From: Euglena gracilis
Lineage: Eukaryota
Assembly: GCA_039621445.1 (NCBI GenBank)
Contig: CP154954.1
Coordinates: 25,742,954 to 25,806,953, forward strand
Direction: 5' to 3'
Length of the DNA: 64,000 nt
The notes under the pieces were generated by a model that was given only the letters and a program-made list of their open reading frames with translations, was not told where the DNA came from and made no database searches. Positions 12,871 through 24,741 of this stretch are shown piece after piece (position 1 is the stretch's first letter; each line of letters opens with the position of its first letter). Position numbers and translations under genes: made by a program.

Positions 12871-13396
12871 GGCACGGGTGTAGCGCCCCCGGTGTTACCT
12901 CAAGGATAGATATTGGTACTGGTTTTTGGGGTAGTCTCGATAAATTTGGATAGATTGGCACCCCGACATTGTCGATGAAAGTCGATAAAACCAATATGAT
13001 CTTTTTGCGCCTCATTTTTTGTGATTTGGAGAATTCCAAAATCGCCAAACAACAACAACAACAACAAAGTGCGTTACCCCAATAAAGCCGATATTTCATG
13101 ATATTTTTTCGGGACCTGATAAATTCAAGGGAGACAAGGCAGTATAGATGGCCATTCCCCCCCCCTGTACAGGACAGAAAAAAGGGGGTCCAAACCCCCC
13201 CCATTTCCTACCACTTTGAGACAGTTCGTGGAAAATGAAAGAAAAAAAGGTGAAACTGGCGAAATTTCACAGAATAATCTAAAAAAATTAAAAATACGGC
13301 CTTTTTGATCAGATAGGTTGAAAATGAAACCCAAAATAGGAGGGCAAAAAGACATCGAGGCATTGAAAACCCTTTTTGTCCTTGTAACTGTGAATA

Positions 13397-13582
13397 GAGG
13401 CCCGGCGCCTGCCCTGTATTTCGTGGGTGTGAACACAAAATACAGGGCGGTATTTTCTATTCACGAATACAGGCTGTATTTGTGAATAGGATTTTTAGAA
13501 AATTTTGGGCAAAAAAAAAACGCCCCGAAAGTGCCCTAAACCATGGCGTGAAGCACATCAATGAAATACAGGGTAGGCGCTT
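13397..13582. mobile_element. Miniature non-autonomous copy of the recombinase-associated TIR element
   Basis: AGAGGCCCGGCGCCTGCCCTGTATTTCGTG matches 3821-3850; the inverted end GAAATACAGGGTAGGCGC lies at 13563-13580. Confidence 0.65.
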
Positions 13583-14202
13583 CAAAACACAAGAAATCCA
13601 ACGTGCTTATTTGCTGCCTTTTTTTGCCTCGTTTTCCGCAATTGCAACAAATATTTTCTAAAAACCGTGGGCATAACCCGTGTACAGGCCGTATGACGGG
13701 TCAAGGCGCCCTTGACCCGTTTTACACCCTGTATACGGGTAACAGCCCACGATTTTTCGTAAACCGTAAAATTAAGCGATTTTCAATGGCAACTGTCTCG
13801 GGGATAGGCAGTACAGTTGGCCATTTTCGGGACCCCCCGTCCCCCCCTCTATACGGGACAGAAAAACGGGGGTCTGGACCCCCCCTTCCTCCCCCTGCCT
13901 TGTCTCCAAGATTTTGGATAAACCCGATATGGGCCGACATCCAATATCCATCCTTGGTTACCTTTCAAAAATTAGGACTTTGCACACCATTGGGGGTGTC
14001 TTCCCCGCGTCCCCCCCGCGTCCCCCCCGCGTCCCACTTTGGAACCCACGGAGACGGTAGCGCCTATGTCAAAGTTCATTTTCAAAAAAAACCGTTTTTT
14101 ATATAAAAAAAAGCCAGCTCTGCTCTCATTTGAGAGGCACGTGTCCTTTTTTTTGAGTGGCACGTCCCAATGGGGGTGTTTGGGACGCGGGGGGGGGGTG
14201 AC

Positions 14203-14625
14203 CAGGGTTCGATATAAGGACAGGTGGGGGGGGGGTGGTCTGGACCCCCCTGCGAGCCAGGAGGGGGGGGTGGGGGGGACACCCCCCCACCTAAACAGGT
14301 GCGCGGTCTGGGTTTCCGAATTTCGGCCCGGCGCGAAGCGCCGGGCCGAAAATTTTTGACCCCCCAAAACGACCAAAAGTGCCATTTTGGGCACTTTTTG
14401 GGCAAAAATGTGCCAAAAATGCAAAAAAATTTCGGCGCAAAGCGCCGGAGGAAAAAATTGACCCTTTTGGGGGGGGGGGCCGGGAACCCCCCCGAGGGTC
14501 GGTCCGGACCCCCCTGGCAGGTGGGGGGGGGGGGCCGGACCCCCCCTGCGGGCCAGGAGGGGGGGGTGGGTGGGGGGGACACCCCCCCACCTAAACCATA
14601 TACGCCCTCCTTATATCAAACCCTG
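14203..14625. mobile_element. hAT-type MITE
   Basis: TIR CAGGGTTCGATATAAGGA / TCCTTATATCAAACCCTG; perfect 8-bp TSD GGGGTGAC; same family as 56592-57030. Confidence 0.92.
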
Positions 14626-16208
14626 GGGGTGACACGGGGGAGGCGCCATTTTTGGGACGGTGAAATTAGGAATTTGCTGCGAGAAAATCTTTGCCAAATT
14701 AGGATTCTACCACAGCAAATTAGGACTAACCCACACCAAATTAGGAATCACCCACCGCAAGTTAGGAATCACCCACACCAAATTAGGAATCACCAACCTC
14801 AACTTTGCCCGGAATTAGGAATCAGCCTCCTAAATTTGGCTGTCTCGAGAACAAAATTTTGGTTCCAACCCAAAGGAGGCTAGGCGCGCCGCTCGGGGGG
14901 GGGGGGGTCCGGGACCCCCCCCCCGTGCGGCCCTTGCGCGGCCGCTCGCCCCCTCCCTCCGGACCCCCCCCCCCCCCCCCTGTGCCTATCATAGCCAAGA
15001 AAAAGGAATTTTTCTGAGCAAAAATGGTCCAAAAATGGCCAAAAATGACCACTTTTTGGACCCGAAAATTTCAAAAAAAGTTCAACCTCAATGTCAACGA
15101 CCTCAACCTCAACCTCAACCTCAATGTTACCTCAATGTCCAAAATTCAAAAAAAATGAACTCACAAAAAGCATGGATTGGCCCATCTCCTCTTCTAAACC
15201 CTTCCTCAAAGGCAAGTTTGACAGCTTTTAAGTCAATTTACAACATATGTGGGTGGAAACAAGAAACAATAGTGGGGTGCCGATTCAAAACTTGAAATAA
15301 GTGACCAATTGCCCAATGTTTGAAAAAATCCAGCCAAGGTTCGGCAAATTTCGAAATTTTGGGAATTTTTCATTTCAATTGAAAAATTCGAAAAATTCGA
15401 ATTTTTCGAAAATTTCAAAAATCGCGGAACGCGAATCTTGGTATTCCTAATTCATCAGAATTATTGGTGCTCGGCGGAAGAGACTTGCATTTTGTGGACT
15501 GTGCAGACAACTCTAAGATGCCAGCCGGATGCAGGAGCATATGGTGAATTTGCCAATCTTTCAGTGAATGTACATTTTTCTCTGTTTCAGATCTCACGGG
15601 CAAGAAATTACTGAAATTTATCACGCTTGAAATGAGTTTTCTGGTTCCTGTTGCTGTTCCTGTTTGCTTTTCAATGGCAAAGAACGGCCAGTTTTGAACC
15701 AGATGTGGTGGCCAGTTTTCGGCCACATGTGGTGGCCAGTTTTGGGCAGAAGTGCTGGCTAGTTTTGGGCTAGATGTAGAGAGGGTTTGGTGCAGGGGGT
15801 TTTGGCTTCTACTGGGGGAAAAAATTGAAGGCCGAAAAAATTTATTGGGAAAATATTGGCGTACAGAAATCCTGCCAAATTTTTCCGGCTTTGAAAATCC
15901 TGCCTCAAAAATTTCAAAATCACCCTTTTTCCAGTCATCTTGCAAACAAAACCTGCCAATTTTTTCTGGGCTGTTTTCAGGTTTGGCACCAATTTTTTCG
16001 GCTTCCAATTTTGTCTAGCTTTAATCCCCCCCCCCCGGTACGGGGGGGGGTGGCCTGGGGGGGGGGGGGTTCTGCGGGTGGGGTGGGCTGGGGGAGGGGG
16101 TTGGTTTTTTTTCCATTTTATTGGGAGGTTTCTGCGGGGGGGGGGTGTACTTTTGCAACTGCGTGGCCATGGTTTGGTGGGCCGGAAAAAAAAAACCCCG
16201 GTTGGAGT

Positions 16209-16681
16209 CATACATCTCTCTAAGGACCCGGGGGGGGGGTTGCTGGGCTAGGGCTAGAAATTTGGGCTGGCTAGAAATTTTGGCTGGCTAGCCCGCCCCC
16301 CCCCCCGGGGGGGGGGGAGGGGCTGGACCCCGGCTGGACCCGAACCGGGGCGAGCTGGACTGAAATCGGAAAAATGCCCAAAAATGACCTGCAGAACACA
16401 GTTTTGAAAAAATGATGCATCTGAAACCCCCCAAAAATGCCCCAAACGCCCCCCAAACCCCATTTTTGGCCACTTTTGAACACAGTTTTTCAAAAAATTT
16501 CGGCGCTTTGCGCCGAAAAATTTTGGGCTGGACCCCCAAAAAAGGCTGGCTAGCTGGGCTAGCAGCACCCCCCCCCGGGGGGGGGGGGGGCTGCTGCGGC
16601 TGGGCTGGGCCCAAATCGGGGCTGGCTGCAGCCGCCCCCCCCCGGGGGGGGGGGGTTCGCAAAACCTTAGAGAGATGTATG
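16209..16681. mobile_element. hAT-type MITE
   Basis: Perfect 17-bp TIR CATACATCTCTCTAAGG / CCTTAGAGAGATGTATG; 8-bp TSD GTTGGAGT. Confidence 0.92.
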
Positions 16682-18521
16682 GTTGGAGTCACGAGCGGGA
16701 TTTTCCGCAAAGGCAGGCAAAATTTATCTGAAGCACTTCTCGAGAAGGTGTTTTTTCTGTCTGCGAGTACCTTGGAAATGCCGTCACCGTGGGAAGGACT
16801 GTAGCCAGCGGAAGGAAAACAGATCCCCCTTGCAGTGCTTCACCCTGTGGAATTTTTGGAAATTTTCCTCACAAAAAATTCGAATAATTCAACTTTGAAA
16901 AAGTCGAATTATTCGAAACGGAAAAAAACGCCGAACCCTGAATCCAAGTAATTTGCCTCTCTTTGTAACACTCTTTTTCAATTCTCTTTGTTGTTGAGTC
17001 GTTTTCCTTTGGATTTTGGCATTGAGGTGACATTGAGGAAAGATGGAGGTTGGAAAACCTCAACCTCAACCTCAACCTCAACCTCAATACCTCAACCTCG
17101 ATCCAGCCTTGATGACGGTTTCAAATTTCCCTTCCTTGATCACAAGGATGAACCTAAAATCAACCAAATTGTCACAAAAACCAGTCTTTTTGGTTGTTTT
17201 CCCCAAAAATAGTCAAAATCAGCCATTTTGATGCCATTATTCCTACTTTTGTTGTTTGAAACCATTCCAATGTCTGATCCCAAGCAGGGGGGGAGACTGA
17301 AATTAAAAGAAAGATTTTCCAACCAAGACCATGAATGTGTTTTTTTAAAAAAAAAAAATGAAAAAAGAAAACGCGCTTTCTTGACTTTGTTTTTAACGAG
17401 TTGCCACCTGACATGACCCCCATTTGTCCCCCCCCCCCTGATTTGGCCAAAAGGGGGGTCCGGGCCACCCCGAGGGCGGCCAAATGGGGGGGGTTGGTAT
17501 GCATGTGAAATGAAAAAAAAACTTTGCAAAACAAGCACCACAACACCGTGCGTCCTCAGACACCGGTTCGGCTACCGCCCGAACCGGTGTCCCAGGCGGT
17601 GTCTGGGACACAGTTCTCGATATAAAAACCTGGCATTTCCTCCCAAAATAGGAGTTGGCACCGAAAAATTAGAAATTTTCCACCCAAAATTAGGACTTTG
17701 CCCCAATATTAGCATCCACCTAAAACTTGAATTACAGCTAACGGCTGAAATGTTGGCCACCATACCTGAGAATCGTGGCCACAGGGCTTAAAATGAGGGC
17801 CACGGAACCTAAATTCAGGCCAGAGAACCTAAAAGTAGTGTCCACTGAACCTAAAAATAGTGTCCACCGGACCTAAAAATAATGGCCACTGGACCTAAAT
17901 CTGGGACATTCCTGAAATTGTGGGGTAGACGTGCTGCCACACATGAAGACGTCCCAAATGAATTCCTGTTGGTGAAAAATGTTATCCATTTTGCAACGAA
18001 GCAGACATTGTGGAACAAAGCCCCCCAAAAATTTCCTGTTTATCTGTGCAAGGTGGAAACAATTCCCCAGTATCATGCTGGAAACCAGGAGACAATTGCA
18101 TCGTACAAGATTCTTTGAATTAAAAACAACAACAAAGGAGGCATTGTTCAGGAAGGTTGGAGGGAGAAGTCCACACTGCACATAAATGTCAAAGAACTAA
18201 GTGAAGCAATAAGCACCGTAAAAAGCCTAACAAAACCTAGAGAAACAGTTTTACTTCAGTGGACAATCAGATAATTTATTATTACTGAACAAAGGGGAAA
18301 AACAAAAAAGACCCCTTCAACACAATGCTCAGAACATTTTTCAAATGGTGCATGGAGCACAAAATAAACCTGCAAGTACAGTGGGTTCCTTCAAAAGAAT
18401 GTCTTTCGGACCCCATAAGTGCCAAACGGTAGACTGGGGGGGGGGGGTAGTGGGTAGTCGGCCGACTAGTCGGCCGACTACCCACTCTAATGTACTAACG
18501 GGTCAAAACCGCCGACTTTTA

Positions 18522-18787
18522 ACGTGACCCCCCCCCTATTTGTCCCCCCCCCCTAATTGGCCAGAGCCGAGGTGGCCAATTAGGGGGGGGGGTTACTCAT
18601 TTCAAGGGAAAATGCCTTTGTTCGGGTGTTTTTCGGGGGTTCGCGACTATGAAGGACGGGGCCCAGGTGGCCAATTAGGGGGGGGGTTAGGGGTAACCCC
18701 CCCCCTAATTGTCCCCCCCCCCCTAATTGGCCAGAAGGGGGGTCCGGGCCGCCCGGAGGGCGGCCAAATAGGGGGGGGGGGTCACGT
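18522..18787. mobile_element. Tc1/mariner-type MITE inserted in family A
   Basis: TIR ACGTGACCCCCCCCCTATT / AATAGGGGGGGGGGGTCACGT; TA duplication confirmed against the empty site CGACTTTTAAGCCCC in other family A copies. Confidence 0.88.
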
Positions 18788-19358
18788 TAAGCCCCCGGCG
18801 CCGTACGGATGATCGGCTATTACGATCCCGGAGGTCGTACCGACCATGGTCGGGCCGACCTAGGTCGGGACCATTGGCTATGGCCTATCGACCATTGGAG
18901 GTCGGGCCGACCTGGTCGGCCCGACCTCCAATCATCCGCATTACCCCCCCCCTTTTTTGAAATTTAAGCCCCCCCCCCCCCGGAAACTTGAATCAGTATT
19001 CAGTAAAATTTGACTCAAAATGCATGGAAAAGCATTGGAATGAGGTTGAAACTGGCAAAAAAACGTCCCATGTTAAAGAAAGAGACCCTAATGAACTTAG
19101 TCGGCCTACAGCTTCCTCCGGGTGGGCGGGGGGGCCGACCCCCCCCCCCCCGCCCAAAATAACAATATCCCCTTGTTTCTGCAAGGCAACGGTGGCCAAA
19201 ACGCGCATCCTAACAAAATCCTTTTGTGTGTGCAAGGCAAGGATGGCCAAAACGCGCCCCCCAACAAACTCCCTTTGTGCTAGCTTAGTCGGCCTACGGC
19301 CTCGGGGGGTTGCCGCCCCCCCCGGACCCCCCCTGCCCAAAATAACAATATCCCCTTA

Positions 19359-20185
19359 AGCCGGCGTTTGAGACGCCGGGTTCAGGACAGAACCGGCGTC
19401 CCCCCCCCCACGGGCTTTCCGGACGCCGGTTCTGTCCTAAAGCCCGGCGTTAGGAACGCCGGTTTTGTCCAAAGCCCGGCGTCCGGTTTTCATTCCTAAA
19501 AATGTCACCAAAAGTGCCCAAAAGTGGCCCTAAGGTGCTGGTATGAGTGTTTCAACCATCAAGGACAATGAATTTTGCCATATGGGACCAGTGGGATGGA
19601 TATCCAAATTTGGTGAAAATCGGCCCAGATTTGGAAATAGAGTACCGTGCAGCGTGGAAAGATCTGATGAGCACCGCTGGTCGTCTGTTGAAAAGAGCTT
19701 TCGATCGAGGGGTAACTTGGTACCCTAACGTTGCACGCAGCCCGAGATACGCTCGCGATGGTCGGATCGGCCAGAATCTGAGTCGAAACTTGTGGCAATT
19801 TTCAGTGACTTTTGGTTTAAGATGCTGAATTAACCCTACAGAAACGTTTTTTCTCTTCGAATCAACGACCTGAGGGCCTTGGGGGGGCACCAGAGTTGTG
19901 AAATTAGGCTTCCCCAGTGACAGAAAATAAGAGCTCCAGGCGGTGTGGCTGAATTTGGTGGTGATCGCCAGTCGTCTGATGAAAAGAGCTTTCGATCGAG
20001 GGGTGATTTTATACCTGGACGATTGACACAGCCAGAAATACCCTCGCGATCGCCGGAATTTGGTGAAGTGCAAAGTGGTGTGACATTGCAGATCAGTGGT
20101 CGGAGATTGGTCCTGGGAGTGTCCTTTGGCCGAAGGTTGGGGACGCCGGTTCTGTCCTGAACCCGGCGTCTCTAAAACGCCGGCT
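19359..20185. mobile_element. Nested TIR element (TA TSD)
   Basis: TIR AGCCGGCGTTTGAGACGCCGGGTTCAGGACAGAACCGGCGTCCC and its reverse complement at 20139-20185; TA flanks. Confidence 0.8.
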
Positions 20186-20291
20186 TAAACAAGAGGTGGC
20201 GGACGCCGGTTCTGTCCAAAGCCCGGCGTTCCGGACGCCGGTTCCGTCCTTCGGACAGAACCGGCGTCCGCCACCTCTTTTTTGTAGTAGT

Positions 20292-20872
20292 GTGTGCAAG
20301 GCAAGGGTGGACAAAACGCGCATTCTAACAAACTCCTTTTGTGTGTGCAAGGCAAGGATGGCCAAAACGCGCCCCCCAACAAACTCCCTTTGTGCCAGCT
20401 TAGTCGGCCTACGGCCTCCTCCGGTGGGGGGGGTGGGGCCTCCCCCGGACCCCCCCCCGCCCAAAATAACAATATCCCCTTGTGTGTGCAAGGCAACGGT
20501 GGACAAAACGCGCATCCTAACAAAATCCTTTTGTGTGTGCAAGGCAAGGATGGCCAAAACGCGCCCCCCAACAAACTCCCTTTGTGCTAACTTAGTCGGC
20601 CTACGGCCTCCTCCGAGGGGGGGGTGCGCCCCCCCCCCGGCCCCCCCCCCGCCCAAAATAACAATATCCCCTTGTGTGTGCAAGGCAAGGGTGGACAAAA
20701 CGCGCACCGTAACAAAATCTTGTTGTGTGTGCAAGGCAAGGATGGCCAAAACGCGCCCCCCAACAAACTCCCTTTGTGCTAACTTAGTCGGCCTACGGCC
20801 TCCTCCGGGGGGGGGGGTGCCGCCCCCCCCCCCCCCCCCACCCCCCCCGGACCCCCACACGCCCAAAATAAC
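20292..20872. repeat. ~180-bp satellite, ~3.3 copies (another copy at 19097-19356)
   Basis: Repeating GTGTGCAAGGCAAGGATGGCCAAAACGCGCCCCCCAACAAACTCCCTTTGTGC...TTAGTCGGCCTACGGCCTC. Confidence 0.9.
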
Positions 20873-23080
20873 CTAACCGTATCCCTAACCCTAACCCTAA
20901 TCTCCAGCCCTAACCGTATCCCTAACCCTAACTCTAACCCTAGCCCTAACCCTAACCCTAACCCTGACCCTAACCCTAACCCTAATCCCCAGCCCTAACC
21001 GTATCCCTAACCCTAACTCTAACCCTAGCCCTAACCCTAACTCTAACCCTAACCCGAACCCTATCCGTGTCCCTAACCCAGGGTTGTATGGTTAACCAAA
21101 GTTCGGTTAATCGACTACGACCCCCCCAGTTAATCGACTAGTCGAGGGGGGGGTCAGTTAACCAATCGGTTAAAGGCTTTGAATATCTGGACAGGTGACA
21201 TACCTTTTCTTCTCGCTAGAAAATTTTTTGGAGGAATTATGTTCAAATGCTGTTTGAGTTTCTTTCTCTTGCAGGATATCGGTTAATCGGTTAACCGAGG
21301 GGGGCAGTTAATTTAATCGGTTGACCCAAAACAGTCAGTTAATTGATCAACCCTGCCTAACCCTAACCCTAACTGCATCCCTAACCCTAACCGTATCCCC
21401 AACCCAAACTCAAACCGTATCCCTGGCCCGAACTCTAACCCTAACCGTATCCCTAACCCTAACAATAACCATAACACTAACCGTATCCCTAACCCTAATC
21501 CCCAGCCCTGACCGTATCCCTAACCCTAACCCTAACCCTTACCCTAACCCTAACCGTATCCCTAACCCTAACTCTAACCCTAGCCCTAACCCTAACCCTA
21601 ACCCTGACCCTAACCCTAACCCTAATCCCCAGCCCTAACCGTATCCCTAACCCTAACTCTAACCCTAGCCCTAACCCTAACTCTAACCCTAACCCGAACC
21701 CTATCCGTGTCCCTAACCCTAACCCTAACTGCATCCCTAACCCTAACCGTATCCCCAACCCAAACTCAAACCGTATCCCTGGCCCGAACTCTAACCCTAA
21801 CCGTATCCCTAACCCTAACAATAACCATAACACTAACCGTATCCCTAACCCTAATCCCCAGCCCTGACCGTATCCCTAACCCTAACCCTAACCCTTACCC
21901 TAACCCTAACCGTATCCCTAACCCTAACTCTAACCCTAGCCCTAATCCTAACCCTAACCCTGACCCTGACCCTAACCCTAATCCCCAGCCCTAACCGTAT
22001 CCCTAACCCTAACTCTAACCCTAGCCCTAACCCTAACTCTAACCCTAACCCGAACCCTATCCGTGTCCCTAACCCTAACCCTAACTGCATCCCTAACCCT
22101 AACCGTATCCCCAACCCAAACTCAAACCGTATCCCTGGCCCGAACTCTAACCCTAACCGTATCCCTAACCCTAACAATAACCATAACACTAACCGTATCC
22201 CTAACCCTAATCCCCAGCCCTGACCGTATCCCTAACCCTAACCCTAACCCTTACCCTAACCCTAACCGTATCCCTAACCCTAACTCTAACCCTAACCGAA
22301 ACCCTAACCGTATCCCTAACCCTAACTCTAACCCTAGCCCTAACCCTAACCGTATCCCTAACCCTAACCCTAACCCTAACCCGCACCCTATCCGTATCCC
22401 TAACCCTAATCCTAACTGCATCCCTAACCCTAACCGTATCCCCAACCCAAACTCAAACCGTATCCCTGGCCCGAACCCTAACCCTAACCGTATCCCTAAC
22501 CCTAACAATAACCGTAACACTGACCGTATCCCTAACCCTAACCCTAATCCCCAGCCCTAACCGTATCCCTAACCCTAACTCTAACCCTAACCGAAACCCT
22601 AATCGTAGCCCTAACCCTAACTCTAACCCTAGCCCTAACCCTAACCGTATCCCTAACCCTAACCCTAACCCTAACCCGAACCATATCCGTATCCCTAACC
22701 CCTAACCCTAACCCGAACTCTAACCCCTAACCGAAACCCTAACCCTAACTCTAACCCTAACCCTAACTCTAACCGTATCCATAACCCTAACTCTAACCCT
22801 AGCCCTAACCCTAACCGTATCCCTAACCCTAACCCTAATCCCCAGCCCTAACCGTATCCCTAACCCTAACTCTAACCCTATCCCTAACCCTAACCGTATC
22901 CCTAACCCTAACTCTAACCCTAACCGAAACCCTAACCCTAACTCTAACCCTAACCCTAACTCTAACCGTATCCCTAACCCTAACCCTAATCCCCAGCCCT
23001 AACCCTATCCGTTTCCCTAACCCTAACCCTAACTGTATCCCTAACCCTAACCATAACTGTATCCCTAACCCTAACTCTAA
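20872..23080 (-). repeat. Interstitial degenerate telomeric (TTAGGG)n array with 356-bp higher-order repeat
   Basis: CCCTAA interspersed with CCGTAT, CTCTAA, CCCTAG, CCCTGA and CCCGAA; near-identical ORF-track peptides recur at a 356-bp offset (21495/21851, 21707/22063). Confidence 0.92.
21079..21355. mobile_element. hAT-like MITE inserted in the telomeric array
   Basis: TIR CAGGGTTG / CAACCCTG; comparison with the empty unit at 21701 shows a 7-bp duplication CCTAACC. Confidence 0.85.
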
Positions 23081-24004
23081 TTGAATTTTTTCAAAAATGG
23101 GACGTTTTTTGCCAGTTTGGAGGTCATTCCAATGTGTTTTTATGCATTTTCAGCCAAATTAAGAGAATGGGGGGTAATGCGGTTGATTGGAGGTCGGGCC
23201 GACCTGGCCCGACCTCCAGTGGTCGATAACGGCCAGGTCGGGCCGACCATAGGTCGGGCCGACCATGGTCGGTACGACCTCCGGGATCGTCATAGCCAAT
23301 CATCCGCCCGGGGCCTAAGCCCCCCCCTGGGAAAAAATTTCGTCTAAATCACCTCAACACCAGTCAAAACCCACCCAAATGGCTCCAGAACCCTCCAATC
23401 GGGGGTGAATATGCAAAAAAAAATTGGGGGGAAATGTCCATTTTGGGCCACTTTTGACAAAAGAACACCTCTCCCCATTGGATTTTCAATATAAGTCAAA
23501 AGTTGCACAAAAAAAGGTCTTATCCCTCCAAGTCTTGCCAACATAGAAGGGATTTTGTTATTTGAGGGGGGGGTGCGGGGGGGGGGGGGCGGAGCCCCCC
23601 CCCCCCCCGCCTATGCCAAAGTGAGCCACAAAAACGACTTATGTTGCCAACACAGAAGGGATTTTGTTATTTGAGGCTCGGATTGGGGTGGAGGGGGGAG
23701 TTTTCTGCCTCTCGTGATGCAGAATGCTTGCATTTCTAAAGGATTTTCATGTAATCCCTGTTTCATCATTGGTTTTTTACCCCTCCGGACCCCCATCAAG
23801 GGCCCATCGACCCCCCACCGACCAAAGATTTCCATCTGGGGGTGTTTATTTAGGCGTAAGATGATTTGGGCCCGCCACGGACCATTTTTATGACCGCCGA
23901 CTAGCCACCGACTAGTTTGCATTGGATTTTCTTCATGGGGGGGGGGGCTTAAAAGTCGGCGGTTTGGACCCGTTAGTACATTAGAGTGGGTAGTCGGCGG
24001 ACTA

Positions 24005-24167
24005 CCATGCCCCCCCATATAAGACGCCCCTCGGGTGCCAAAATTCCAGGGGGGTCTTATATGGGGGGGGGTCTTGTATGGGGGGGTGGGGCCCGGCCAA
24101 AGGGCCGGTTTTCGGCGGGCTAGGGGGGGGTGTTATATGGGGGGGGTCTTATATGGGGGGGGCATGG
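24005..24167. mobile_element. Tc1/mariner-type MITE inserted in family A
   Basis: TIR CCATGCCCCCCCATATAAGAC / GTCTTATATGGGGGGGGCATGG; TA duplicated within the GACTAGTC palindrome of the host. Confidence 0.88.
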
Positions 24168-24741
24168 TAGTCGGCCGACTACCCACTACCCCCCCCCAGT
24201 CTACCGCCTTGCGCCGACCCCATAAGCAGATGGGAAATGGACAGGGGAGATTAATCACTGAACTTTTCTTTTTTTTTTGAGTGCACGACATAACTTTTTG
24301 CATTGGGGGATTTCCTGTCCAAATGTAGTCTCGTGAAACATGGCTGTTTTGGTGGCATTTTGGGGAAGAGGGTCTTCCTCCCCATGTGTCCAGTAGAATT
24401 TTGATCTCCTTTAATTGGGTTTTTGTTTCTGGTCAAATGTGATGTTTTGAGTCCCAGGGGGCTGTGGAGTGTTTTGCCAGAAAACTGGCCAGGGCATCCG
24501 TAACTGGCCAGGGCATCCGTAGCCCTGAGAAAGGGCAGGGCCATTAGGTTGGACCTGATTTGTCCCAAAATGGCAGCAAGCTGGCTTTTTGACATGAAGT
24601 CCTTTTTTACAATTTTGCCCAGTTAAAAGAAAAAAATGAGCACATGTCTGCGCAATGCGAAGTGCAACTGGTGCTTGTGCACGAAGAGAACACGGGGTAG
24701 TGGCACATGACATTGTTTCGTATGGGGGGTAGATCTGGCCT

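Larger units (their letters stand above)
18790..23315. mobile_element. 4.5-kb composite TIR element (TA TSD) enclosing satellites and a telomeric-repeat array
   Basis: ~165-bp imperfect inverted repeats at 18790-18952 and 23168-23315; TA on both sides; host family A sequence resumes at 23318. Confidence 0.75.

Noticed and set aside
21321-22560. ORFs with PNPNPN/LTLTLT/LGLGLG repeats
   Set aside because: Translations of the telomeric hexamer array.
20872-23080. True chromosome end or head-to-head telomere fusion
   Set aside because: Single orientation throughout, heavily degenerate, and enclosed by matching TIRs with continuous host sequence on both sides.
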